DNA of 38,916 nucleotides from Candidatus Heimdallarchaeota archaeon (GCA_046761065.1 JBHIFL010000040.1:1-38916), one strand, 5' to 3'. Numbered from the stretch's first letter, positions 27,900-37,626 are shown. Translations and numbers: made by a program. The notes: generated by a model not told the origin, from the sequence alone.

Positions 27900-28244
27900 T
27901 CACGGTAAGATGCGTTTTAAGCCCATATTTAGCACTTTCTCTTTACGTTGCTTCCAAAATTCCTCCATTTGCTCTAAATATTCATGTTCCCTCTGTTCTA
28001 ACATTTCCATTATTTCATTCATTCGAGTCTGAAGTTTTTCTTCTTCCGCTTTAATTTTTTCTTCGATCGCTTCTAATTTTTCCTGATATAGGAGTTCAGC
28101 TTCTTTCTTGGCTTTTTTAATCATTTGTGTGCGTTTTCTTTTGGCATCTAAAATTTCAGTAAGGATTTCAGCCTCTTTTTCTTGAACAACTTCCCGTAAC
28201 TGATCTGAAGGGATTGATTCGGGAAGGGAGGGTTTTTCTGTCAT
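27900..28244 (-). CDS. atpH: A-type ATP synthase peripheral stalk subunit H (G-like)
   Basis: 114-aa highly charged helix, first gene of the operon, 4 bp upstream of atpI. Confidence 0.75.
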   Translation of the reverse strand: MTEKPSLPESIPSDQLREVVQEKEAEILTEILDAKRKRTQMIKKAKKEAELLYQEKLEAIEEKIKAEEEKLQTRMNEIMEMLEQREHEYLEQMEEFWKQRKEKVLNMGLKRILP

Positions 28245-28373
28245 TGTAACTCAGTGTTTCTAATTTCTAGAAGTTCGTTAAAAACTTTCATATGAATATC
28301 AAGCACATCACATTGGGCAACAATAGTTACTAAAAATGTGGTCTAGAGAAATATACAACCAATTCCTAAATCT

Positions 28374-29870
28374 TTAGAGATCATGAGGCAAGGAGGTAAC
28401 TCCAACTCGTTTTGCGGCGCTCTTCATGATTTGTTTGAGTTTTTTGTCACATTCGTCAGGCAAGGGTTCATGAACATGAGCAGAGAGGAATTTAGTGACC
28501 TGCTTTTTTGCTCGGTCAGCTATAGTCAGAGCACCCTCTTGAGTCCATTGTTGTAGGTCCTTTCGGTCAATGATCTCTGAAGGAAGGAACTGATCTCTTC
28601 TAAACCATTTCAACGTGTGAGCTGTTGTAAGAAAATTACCGTGTGGGCCGACCTGCTTGAAGAGGGACACTGCCAAGGATTCCTCTGTTACTTCTACTCC
28701 TTTAACAAAGCGTTGTGCCATACCACAAATCTCATTATCAATCACAAGTTTTTCCAAACTCTGGCAACTCTCAAAGTTTAGCATCCCAGGACCTGCAACG
28801 GCATTTATACCCGCAAGTGTCGCCAGGAGAATTCCTAGACCGGTCTCAAGGCCAGTTTGTGCATCAATCGTCTTCGCATCGGAAAGCCCCATATATGCGT
28901 GTGTTGGGAATCCAGATCCAAGCGATTTCCCGATCTCAGCATAAGCACAATCGATCATCATTGTTTCAAGAGCGCCCATAGGTGTTGTGCCTTCTCGTTG
29001 GTCGAAGACTGCAGGTGAGCCGCCCCAAATCACGGGGGCACCAGCTTTGGTCAGTTGACTAAGGACCACTCCTGACAGTGTTTCAGCAGTGTGTTGGACG
29101 AGCGCACCTGCGAGACTGGCCGGTCCCGTAGCCCCGGCAAGGGGCATAGAGACGTACTCGGCAGGAATATCAAAGTGCGCACAATCTATAAGATGTTGAG
29201 CGGTCTGTTCACTCCACATCAGTGGAGGGGAGGGGCAGACATCAAACACCGCCAATGGCTTTTTGGAGAGGTCTTCTCCATAAGATTCCCGGACTGCTAC
29301 TAACATATCTTTCATGTCTTTCACCCCATGGGTGGTAAATGCCCCTGTGTCAACTGGTTTTTTGGCATACTTCAGGACGAGATAGAGTCGGTATCTATCC
29401 GCAAGTCGTTCATCAATGTCGGAAGGGACAATTGACGTGCTTTGGGCATGCATGTAGGGAAGTTCATCAGTTAATTGAATGAAACGTATTAAATCGTCAG
29501 TCATCGGTTCGCGAATAGTCCCATCCGAGTCTAAGAATTTCATTGCTGTCGATCCTGGCCAGTAATGGACATTATCTCCTTCCATGGTCATAGCAAGGTT
29601 TCCATGACGGTCGTAAAGCTTAATCGAGTTCGGGACCTTACGTAGACATTCTTTCACCCGTTCTTCTGTGAAATGGGCAATTTGCGTGTCCTGTTTGAAT
29701 TCTACTCCTCCATCTTTCAAAATATTCCTAGCATTTTCATTTTTGATCAGAATACCCGTTTCCCAGAGAACTTGAAGTGCTCCGGTATAGATTTGTTCCC
29801 GTTCTTCTTTTGAAAGGATTTGAAATCGTGTTCTCATTTTTACATCCCTTTTCCTAAGTATCTCAAGCAT
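28374..29870 (-). CDS. mttB: Trimethylamine methyltransferase (MttB) superfamily protein, non-pyrrolysine
   Basis: SPPLMW, MPLAGATGPASLAGALVQHTAETLSG, GLSDAKTIDAQTGLE, GPGML, EKLVIDNE, VGPHGNFL...HT; no in-frame TAG. Start may be ATG 29837. Confidence 0.92.
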   Translation of the reverse strand: MLEILRKRDVKMRTRFQILSKEEREQIYTGALQVLWETGILIKNENARNILKDGGVEFKQDTQIAHFTEERVKECLRKVPNSIKLYDRHGNLAMTMEGDNVHYWPGSTAMKFLDSDGTIREPMTDDLIRFIQLTDELPYMHAQSTSIVPSDIDERLADRYRLYLVLKYAKKPVDTGAFTTHGVKDMKDMLVAVRESYGEDLSKKPLAVFDVCPSPPLMWSEQTAQHLIDCAHFDIPAEYVSMPLAGATGPASLAGALVQHTAETLSGVVLSQLTKAGAPVIWGGSPAVFDQREGTTPMGALETMMIDCAYAEIGKSLGSGFPTHAYMGLSDAKTIDAQTGLETGLGILLATLAGINAVAGPGMLNFESCQSLEKLVIDNEICGMAQRFVKGVEVTEESLAVSLFKQVGPHGNFLTTAHTLKWFRRDQFLPSEIIDRKDLQQWTQEGALTIADRAKKQVTKFLSAHVHEPLPDECDKKLKQIMKSAAKRVGVTSLPHDL

Positions 29871-29968
29871 TCAATCAGCATTAACTAGCTTTAAAAACAA
29901 CATTTATTTGCATTTTTTCCTTGGAAATTCTCTGAAGCTTTTGTCTCATAGTGTGAGGGGATCTTCTT

Positions 29969-30829
29969 ATGACTTCCGAAATCTCCAAGCTTGAAGCATA
30001 TTATTATGCAACAAAAGATGTGATCGTCGGTGTTGATGATTTGACGATTGAGCAAGCAACGTCCATGATAAACGATAAAGGTTTTCGACGGCTTCCGATC
30101 GTTGCGGATACCAAATTGATAGGGATGGTAACTGTTACAGACATCTTAAAATTTTTTGTGGCGAATAGAAGAAAACGACCATTGAATGAACTCTTTCGGG
30201 AACAAATTGCGTATATTATGACAAAAAACGTTCTGACGCTACCCTGTGATGCTCCTCTTATCAAAGCCACCGAGATAATGTTTCACAAACGGATTGGGAG
30301 CTTACCACTGATGTCCAATGACAATCTCGTAGGAATAATTACCGAACGAGATCTATTAGCACATATTCCTAAAATCTCCACGGAAGTAGCTGTTCGTGAC
30401 ATCATGACAACGCAAGTTCACACCGCTTCCCCTCAGCAGACTGTTTTTGAAGCAATGGAACTAATGGAAAAAGTTGGATTTCGTCGATTACCAATAATAA
30501 CTGATGACAAAGGGCTTGTGGGGATCGTCTGTGCCTCTGATTTGTTGCGCCATCTGGTCGATCCTAGCTTGAAGCAAGGACAGGAAGAAGAGATATTTGA
30601 CGCTCCACTTGAAGAAATTATGACGACTTCCATTATTTATACTGAACCAGACACATCCCTCTCCGAAGCCGCATCAACAATGGCTTGGAAGCGATTAGGA
30701 GCACTGCCTGTGATCGATGTTACAGTTACAAGGACACAATGCCGCTACGGGTGCTTAGTTGGTATAGTAACAGAACGAGACATCCTCTATAAAGTTACCC
30801 ATCCCTTTCATGAAACCTTAAAATCCTAA
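29969..30829 (+). CDS. Tandem CBS-domain protein (4 CBS)
   Basis: Repeated FRRLPI/IGSLP/LGALPV, GIITERDL and IMT motifs. Confidence 0.93.
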   Translation: MTSEISKLEAYYYATKDVIVGVDDLTIEQATSMINDKGFRRLPIVADTKLIGMVTVTDILKFFVANRRKRPLNELFREQIAYIMTKNVLTLPCDAPLIKATEIMFHKRIGSLPLMSNDNLVGIITERDLLAHIPKISTEVAVRDIMTTQVHTASPQQTVFEAMELMEKVGFRRLPIITDDKGLVGIVCASDLLRHLVDPSLKQGQEEEIFDAPLEEIMTTSIIYTEPDTSLSEAASTMAWKRLGALPVIDVTVTRTQCRYGCLVGIVTERDILYKVTHPFHETLKS

Positions 30830-30830
30830 T

Positions 30831-31085
30831 ATGGAGGGATATTCATTGACAGATGAAACGACTATGATTAAAGAGACGGTTTTATGCGAAATTTGTGAGA
30901 AAACCCGAGTTCCTAAAAAACCGCATTTTCGTTGCTCCTCCTGTGGCAAATACACTTGCTCGGATTGTGCACGTTACGAAGCCGTCTTTGTGAGAGAATC
31001 CACACCCCTAAGTCTACATGTGCGAAGCAGACGCGTCTGTCCAAACTGTAAAATTAAAACACGGGCTACTAGGGGAAGGATTTGA
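30831..31085 (+). CDS. Small 8-Cys zinc-finger protein with FYVE-like spacing
   Basis: CEIC-x12-CSSC-x4-CSDC-x23-CPNC; starts 1 bp after the CBS stop. Confidence 0.75.
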   Translation: MEGYSLTDETTMIKETVLCEICEKTRVPKKPHFRCSSCGKYTCSDCARYEAVFVRESTPLSLHVRSRRVCPNCKIKTRATRGRI

Positions 31086-31355
31086 CCTTCTGACTTCTTT
31101 CTTTCAACTTTTTTAATCCTAATTATAACCTGGATTTAAGCTATTTATCCAAAGTGAATCCAAAGAATATTATCTATACTGATTAATAGCTGTTTGTTAG
31201 TTCAATAACCTCTTACTAGGACTCTACGCTAATAAAATTTAAGAAAATCTTGTAAAATCTGCTTGTCTTCGCACATAATTTTTCGAACAGTTTCTGAAGA
31301 GTCGAAACTTGCAGAATTAGGACAAAAAGGATAAGATGCTTCATATCACTCTTTT

Positions 31356-32021
31356 TTATGAGAACCAAGTTTTTACAAGTCTCACTGCATCTGTTGCGTT
31401 TTCCCCATATCCATCGGCGCCGATCTCTTTCGCCCATTTTTCAGTCACCGGCGCCCCCCCAATCAATACCTTTACACGATCTCGTAATCCATTACGCTCC
31501 AACTCTCGGATTACCTTGTGTTGATTCAACATCGTTGTGGTCATCAGCGCAGAGAGCGAAACAACCACGGGGTTCAATTCTTTCACCTTTTCCATAAACT
31601 CTTGAGGCGATACATCAGTTCCCAAATCAATTACTTCAAACCCAGCCGTTATAAGCATTGTGCGAACAAGATTCTTTCCCAAACTATGGATGTCTCCCTC
31701 AACAGTTCCAATGAGGATCCGCGGCCTAGTAGTGCTTCTTGTTTCTTCCTGTTTGAGGATCTCTGGCTCCAATATTGCCATTGCATCTTCCATAGCCGCG
31801 GCAGCATATGCAAGCTCAGCGATATAAAGCTCTCGTTTTTCAAACAGCTCACCTAGAATCTCCATACCCTTTGCAAACCCATTCTCTATTGCTTCAACTG
31901 GATCGATTTTTTGAGCAAGAATTTGTTTTGTAAGTTCCAGGACTCGTTCCCTATCTAAAGCAAGCAAGGCATTAGAAATCTCATCAAAGAGGTCCGTTTT
32001 CTCTGTCAATTTACACACCAA
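31356..32021 (-). CDS. Methyltransferase cognate corrinoid protein (MttC/MtbC-like)
   Basis: B12 cap domain (GMEILGELFE..ELYIAEL), DIHSLGKNLV (DxHxxG), SALMTTT, GGAPV, IGADGYGENA. Confidence 0.93.
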   Translation of the reverse strand: MVCKLTEKTDLFDEISNALLALDRERVLELTKQILAQKIDPVEAIENGFAKGMEILGELFEKRELYIAELAYAAAAMEDAMAILEPEILKQEETRSTTRPRILIGTVEGDIHSLGKNLVRTMLITAGFEVIDLGTDVSPQEFMEKVKELNPVVVSLSALMTTTMLNQHKVIRELERNGLRDRVKVLIGGAPVTEKWAKEIGADGYGENATDAVRLVKTWFS

Positions 32022-32216
32022 TTCCTATTAAATTACGCATTTACAAATTTCATCATAATTTTATGCGTTATTATCTTCTCATAGACACAATCTGAGTACA
32101 TATGAAACAGAGTATATTTTTTAGATGCATATTAAACATTCAATTCCTGATGACTAGGATAGGATTTAAGAGGATTCCGTTTTCATTCACATATAGAAAG
32201 TCTACAACTTGTCAAA

Positions 32217-32999
32217 TCAATTAGATGGGGATTTAACCATAGAACATAATTGTTCCATAAGTTTGTTGATAGGTTCCTTGATTTTTGAAAGATGTTCAGA
32301 ATACGGCTTCTGCGAATGATTTACATGCGCTAATTCCTTTTTAATCAGTTCTTTCAGTATATTCTTTGCTGTATGAGTGCTGATGGGTATGATATTTGTT
32401 GCTGCATCAGCAAAAATCGCTTCGGCTCCAGGTCCTATTTCGTGGAGCAGGGCTGGGATTTCTTCTATACGTATTCGAAGCTCAGGAGAGATGTCTACCT
32501 TGTTTAACAGAATTTGATAGGGAAGTTCTTTTAGTAAGATGCGTTTTCCAATGCCTGAATTAGAGGCTTCATCCTTAATTTTGAGTAATTCTTTCAGGCT
32601 GTTTTTATTCTCTGTCCATTTGACTCGTTCGGCATCAAGCATCAGGATCAAGCCATCAACACCTTGTACAACAATTCTTCGCTGAGCACCTAGATGACCA
32701 AGACCAGGCACCGTATATACTTGATACCGGATATCCACTTCGGTTTCTGTCTGTTCTCGCCAAAGGAACGTTGTTTGATCAAATAAGAGGGTCCTGTTGG
32801 TCGGAGCTTGGATCTTGGTCAATTTGGCAAGAACACATTTAGGGTCTTCAAATTGTTTAAGTGACCAATAAATCGTTAGCGCAGTCGTTTTTCCCACATA
32901 TGCAGGCCCCCAGAACACTAATTTGGCAGTAAATGATCCATCCGTACCTCGACGTATTTTAGGCGCCCCCCAAAAAGATCCAAGAATTCGATGCACCAA
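32217..32999 (-). CDS. MglA-type small GTPase (Ras-like superfamily)
   Basis: KLVFWGPAYVGKTT (G1), RTLLFD, YTVPG (MglA-type G3), GVDGLILMLD, NKVD (G4). Confidence 0.85.
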   Translation of the reverse strand: MVHRILGSFWGAPKIRRGTDGSFTAKLVFWGPAYVGKTTALTIYWSLKQFEDPKCVLAKLTKIQAPTNRTLLFDQTTFLWREQTETEVDIRYQVYTVPGLGHLGAQRRIVVQGVDGLILMLDAERVKWTENKNSLKELLKIKDEASNSGIGKRILLKELPYQILLNKVDISPELRIRIEEIPALLHEIGPGAEAIFADAATNIIPISTHTAKNILKELIKKELAHVNHSQKPYSEHLSKIKEPINKLMEQLCSMVKSPSN

Positions 33000-33355
33000 C
33001 TATTGTAACGTACAATATTAAGTGTTCCAAGTAATTAAGAATTCCTGAAAACACAGGGCATCATCTGGGGTGCTCAAACACCCAATAGACGAATCAAGTA
33101 ATACTAACAGTGTCCTAGTCATGTAACAAGGGTGTAGATATGTGCTTGATGTGAACTTCATCCAAGAGTATATCTGCATATGCTGTTATTTCTTGCAAAT
33201 CAGTAGGATAAATAGCTTATAATCCACTCAAATATGATTGTTTAAGAACTGAAAGAGACAAAAACCTGAAGCAAAAAGAAGGAACCTTTGAAAATTCTAC
33301 CGTTACACCTTTCATTGTTTAGAACGAGATAGGTCTTAAGTGGAGGCGTTGATTA

Positions 33356-34108
33356 ATGATTGTTGAAGAGATTTTTAAATCACTTAAAGGTCAGTTGAAG
33401 ACGCATGTGGTCAAAGAAATCCGAATTGGGGTTTATTATACTGGAGTTCTGCTTGATGACACAGGACTCGGGTTAGCCTATTCTTTCAGAGACGAACCTT
33501 TGGAGTGTTGTATGACTTTTAAACGAGCAGGGGCATTAGAAGGCCCTGCATGGGATCTGGCAGCTCTTGCAATGTCATCTAAAAGTTTAGAGGCTTCGGT
33601 AGGAGTAGCAACTATAAATGCACTGGTCAATCGAGAAATCATAGGAGAAGAGGGTGACATACTCGAGTTTTTAGAACTCGAGGGAACAGAGAAGATTGCA
33701 ATTGTTGGAAATATTAGACCCATTGCAAGAAAATTAATGCAGGCGGGTCATGAAGTCCTAGTATTTGAACGAAGGCCTCAAAATCTAGAAGTACATCCAG
33801 ACTGGGCAGCCGAATACTTATTACCTACTGCTGACATTGCTATTATCACTGCTGTCACCTTCATTAATAAGACACTCGACCATCTCCTAGATCTAGCTAA
33901 GAATGCGAGAACCATTGCAATTGTAGGTCCATCAACACCTCTTGCTGTAAAGATTTTAAGAGAACATGAGGTCACATACCTTGGAGGAATGGTTGTTGAA
34001 GACACCGAAAAAGCCCTGAAAATCATTAGTCAGGGAGGTGGAGCCCAAGAACTAAAAACTGCCACTAGAAAAGTTACTGTGAATCTTAAGAAATCTGCTG
34101 GACAATAG
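33356..34108 (+). CDS. DUF364/Rossmann-like putative heavy-metal chelation protein
   Basis: IGVYYTGV, ASVGVATINAL, VFERRP, TFINKTLDHLL, VGPSTP, ISQGGG. Confidence 0.85.
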   Translation: MIVEEIFKSLKGQLKTHVVKEIRIGVYYTGVLLDDTGLGLAYSFRDEPLECCMTFKRAGALEGPAWDLAALAMSSKSLEASVGVATINALVNREIIGEEGDILEFLELEGTEKIAIVGNIRPIARKLMQAGHEVLVFERRPQNLEVHPDWAAEYLLPTADIAIITAVTFINKTLDHLLDLAKNARTIAIVGPSTPLAVKILREHEVTYLGGMVVEDTEKALKIISQGGGAQELKTATRKVTVNLKKSAGQ

Positions 34109-34149
34109 AACTACCGTATTTGAATCTTTGGTTTAAACGGAGTAAAATC

Positions 34150-34671
34150 TCATTTTTGGGATTCTAATTCACGATAAGTCCTGGATAGTTGATAATAGAT
34201 TTTAGATCGCTGCAAAGTGTCTTCTAAGGTGCTTTCTGGTAATGTTTTTATAATTTTACCAGGAACGCCTAAAACCAAGCTACGTTTGGGGATTTTAACC
34301 CTTTGTGGAACTACAGCACCCGCACCAATGATTGTACCCTGCCCTATAACTGCTTGATCCAGTACCACGCTGGAAATACCTACGAGCACCAGATCTTCTA
34401 TGATGGCTGAATGTACCATCGCATTATGCCCGATCAGGACATGATTCCCAATCTTTACAGGCCTATTGGGCTTCGCATGTATTGTGACATTATCCTCAAC
34501 AGCACAACAACGCCCGATCTCAATCTGTTCCAAGTCTCCACGAATAACAGCTGATTCCCAGATGGAGGAGTCCTCTCCAATTATTACATTACCAATGACA
34601 CTTGCTCGTGGCGATACATAGGCAGAAGCTTCAATTTGGGGCTTCATGCCACAAAATTCTAAGATGGGCAT
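34150..34671 (-). CDS. Gamma carbonic anhydrase-like (YrdA/CaiE) left-handed beta-helix protein
   Basis: Hexapeptide repeats, IRGD, three His (TIH, IGHNAMVH), GVPGK. Confidence 0.92.
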   Translation of the reverse strand: MPILEFCGMKPQIEASAYVSPRASVIGNVIIGEDSSIWESAVIRGDLEQIEIGRCCAVEDNVTIHAKPNRPVKIGNHVLIGHNAMVHSAIIEDLVLVGISSVVLDQAVIGQGTIIGAGAVVPQRVKIPKRSLVLGVPGKIIKTLPESTLEDTLQRSKIYYQLSRTYRELESQK

Positions 34672-34726
34672 TTCTTGAACAACCCTTTATGGTTTCTTTT
34701 GTGAGGAAGAAATTGGAAATATTTGT

Positions 34727-35881
34727 TCATAGGTTATTGACTAACTTAGTAGAATACGCCACTACTGTTGTGATATTAACTACGGGTGTATCTCGCATAA
34801 TCCCCGCACTTTTGATGTTATGGTAACAAGTGGGGCAAGTAGTGACGACCATATCTGCGCCAACTTCCTGAGCTTGATTAATGATGGTATCACTAAGATG
34901 ATCTCGTAATGCAATATATGGTCTCCTAATAGTCCCTCCACAACAAGATGCCTGTTCTTTTGAGCGAGGGAGCTCAACTAGTTCTACTCCCGGAATAGAT
35001 TCGAGAATTTTACGGGGAGGTTCGTAAAGATTGCTGTAACGACCGAGATGACACCCATCATGGACTGCTATCTTCGCATCAATAGATCTTTCAAACTGAA
35101 GGCTGGCATTGTCTGTAACTTCTTCAAGCACTTGAACCAGATGTTGGGCAATAGGCATATTGTTCGAGATGTGGGGGTATTCTTGGTGAAATGTTGTATA
35201 ACACATGGGACATGGGGAAATAATGCGTTCTATTCCTTTTTCTTCAAACATTATAATATTCTTCTGACCGATTGTTTCAAACTCAGTAGTAAGTCCCACT
35301 ACCTTTAAAAACCCACTACAGCAGGTCTCACCTGCTTTGAGCATCGTGAAGTCTACATTGGCATATTGAAGTAGCTGGATTGTATTAAAAGTGATGGCAG
35401 TAGGATAATTAAAAGTCCCAACACACCCGGAGAAAAGCAAATTGGGAGAATCATCAGGCAATTTAATTACTAAATCACTAAACGGTTTTTCAAGCAGACT
35501 AGGGGCTTTTCCAGCGATGTTACCATGCGTTAGAATATTTTCTTTGAGTTCGACATGGTCTTTCAAGGGACCAAAGCCTTGTTGAACAAGGGCCTTGCGG
35601 ACATATTCTTGGATGGGAACAACCTGAATCTTAGCGGGACAGTTGGTTTCACAGATTTTGCACATCGAGCAGGTATACAGGCGGTCGAGGACGTCTTCCG
35701 TAACCTCTAATGCGCCTTGGATCAATGCCTTTTCGATGATGATTCGGCCGCGACAGTTCCAAGACTCAATGCCTTTTGCGTCAAAGATGGGGCAATACGG
35801 GGTACAAAACCCACACCGCACACACCTGTAGATTTCAGTTTCATAATCTGGGGGGAGAGTAACCTTTGCCATCTCGATCAT
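34727..35881 (-). CDS. (Fe-S)-binding protein, GlcF/HdrD-like, with two CCG domains
   Basis: CVRCGFCTPYCP, CSMCKICETNCP, ETCCSG, CPMC, HDGCHLGR, CCGG, CPTC. Confidence 0.9.
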   Translation of the reverse strand: MIEMAKVTLPPDYETEIYRCVRCGFCTPYCPIFDAKGIESWNCRGRIIIEKALIQGALEVTEDVLDRLYTCSMCKICETNCPAKIQVVPIQEYVRKALVQQGFGPLKDHVELKENILTHGNIAGKAPSLLEKPFSDLVIKLPDDSPNLLFSGCVGTFNYPTAITFNTIQLLQYANVDFTMLKAGETCCSGFLKVVGLTTEFETIGQKNIIMFEEKGIERIISPCPMCYTTFHQEYPHISNNMPIAQHLVQVLEEVTDNASLQFERSIDAKIAVHDGCHLGRYSNLYEPPRKILESIPGVELVELPRSKEQASCCGGTIRRPYIALRDHLSDTIINQAQEVGADMVVTTCPTCYHNIKSAGIMRDTPVVNITTVVAYSTKLVNNL

Positions 35882-35882
35882 C

Positions 35883-37268
35883 TCACAAGGGGATCACTTT
35901 ACCAGGATTCATGATCCCTTTTGGATCCAAGGCGTGTTTTATGGCACGCATCACGTCCAGAGCATCCTTTCCAAATTCTTTTTCCATCATTTTGAGCTTG
36001 GATAACCCTATCCCGTGCTCGCCCGAAACAGTCCCACCCAAGGTCAATGCCGTAGACCACACATCATTGATCGCGTTCAAGGCATTCTCATGTTCTTTGG
36101 GAATTCGTTCATCCCACAACACGATAGGATGGAGATTTCCATCGCCAGAGTGGCCAAACGTAGCAATTTCAACATTGAATTGTTTTGAGATACGTTCGAG
36201 CTCTTCGAACATCCTTGGTAGTTGACTAATTGGTATGGAAATATCTTCCATTCGAGCGGTAGGACGACGCACTGTCAACGCCGGAAATGCCGCTTTTCTT
36301 GCCCGCCAAACATGTTCATATTGACTGGGGTTCCGCGCGATCTCGATTTTAATTGCTCCTTCTTCTCGGAAGATTTGTTCCAGTGTGTCAAGTCTCAACT
36401 CGACATCTTGCTTGTTACCATCTAATTCCACGATTACTATTGCCCCACATTCAGGGAAACTACGTCCTGAAAATTCACTAACCGCCTGAAGAGTGGTGCT
36501 GTCTAATATTTCTGCGCCGGATGGGTCAAGTCTCTTCCGCATAATCGTGTAAACGCAGTGTCCTGCTTCAGTAGGAGTGTTAAAATACCCACTCGCTAGA
36601 AGTCGGATTTCTGGAAGGGGTGTGAGCCGAAGCCAGGCCTTAGTGACAATCCCCAAAGTCCCTTCCGAGCCAATAAAAAGACGGGTTAAATCATAACCTG
36701 CAACTGCTTTTCTTGCCTTGTTGCCCGTCCAAATCACTCTACCATCCGGAAGGACCACTTGCAGTTGAACGATCCATTCCCGAGTAACGCCGTAGCGTAC
36801 GGCACGGATACCGCCCGAATTTTCGTTAATCATCCCCCCGATGGTCGCGGTCTTATCGCTTGCAGGATCTGGGGGAAAGTACAGCCCGTATGTGTTCAGG
36901 TATTCATTTAATTGCAAACAAATGACCCCTGGCTCAACTAATACTTGAAAGTTCGCGGCATCAAGCTCAAGGATCTTGTTCATTCTGGTCAAACAGACGA
37001 CGATTCCGCCCCGTTCGGTCGCTATCGCGCCTCCACTGACGTTCGATCCAGCACCCCGGGGGATAACAGGAACTGCCTCCACATAAGCAAGGTTGACGAT
37101 TTCGACGACTTCGTGGGGTGTTTCCGGAAAAACAATTACATTAGGTGTTCCTGTCTCTATGGAGGCATCTTTCGAGTAGCAAAGCAGATCCAGGGGATCA
37201 TCCGTGACCCGTTCCTCACCAAGAATCGCCTTGAGTTTTTGTACGATCAGTGCCCAATTAGGTTCCAT
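35883..37268 (-). CDS. glcD: FAD-linked 2-hydroxyacid oxidoreductase (GlcD/D-lactate dehydrogenase family)
   Basis: PRGAGSNVSGG, FPPDPAS, GSEGTLG, GHSGDGNLHP, SGEHGIG, DPKGIMNPGK. Confidence 0.9.
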   Translation of the reverse strand: MEPNWALIVQKLKAILGEERVTDDPLDLLCYSKDASIETGTPNVIVFPETPHEVVEIVNLAYVEAVPVIPRGAGSNVSGGAIATERGGIVVCLTRMNKILELDAANFQVLVEPGVICLQLNEYLNTYGLYFPPDPASDKTATIGGMINENSGGIRAVRYGVTREWIVQLQVVLPDGRVIWTGNKARKAVAGYDLTRLFIGSEGTLGIVTKAWLRLTPLPEIRLLASGYFNTPTEAGHCVYTIMRKRLDPSGAEILDSTTLQAVSEFSGRSFPECGAIVIVELDGNKQDVELRLDTLEQIFREEGAIKIEIARNPSQYEHVWRARKAAFPALTVRRPTARMEDISIPISQLPRMFEELERISKQFNVEIATFGHSGDGNLHPIVLWDERIPKEHENALNAINDVWSTALTLGGTVSGEHGIGLSKLKMMEKEFGKDALDVMRAIKHALDPKGIMNPGKVIPL

Positions 37269-37626
37269 TTCTATTCCCAGTTTATATGATTCTTATTGGT
37301 GAATTAGTAGCTTTGTTGAATTTCTTATAAAACAACCGCGGCCTCGGTAAAGGTTTAAAAAAAAGAGTAGACATTTTAAAAAAATGAAAATAATCAAATA
37401 GTAATATCAATTTGAACATGTTCATAATTTTAGATGAAATTTTCTAGAGTATAAATTCGAAAGAATGATTCGATCTCGTCTCCCACAAGAGTCTTATTGA
37501 GTATATCAATTGCTGTAAAAAGCTTAGAGAAGAAGTATAGGGTGATTTCACTTGTTTCGTGGGAGTGGCATTCTATAGGATATTTTCCTGCTTTGGTCAT
37601 GGTTACATTAATAAAATTACGGGGAT

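Noticed and set aside
28374-29870. Pyrrolysine-containing trimethylamine methyltransferase / methanogenesis
   Set aside because: No in-frame TAG (Leu at that position) and no mcr or pyl genes in the window.
32031-32072. Imperfect inverted repeat AATTACGCAT...ATGCGTTATT upstream of the corrinoid gene; possible operator or B12 riboswitch
   Set aside because: Short and AT-rich, with no cobalamin riboswitch core motifs recognised.
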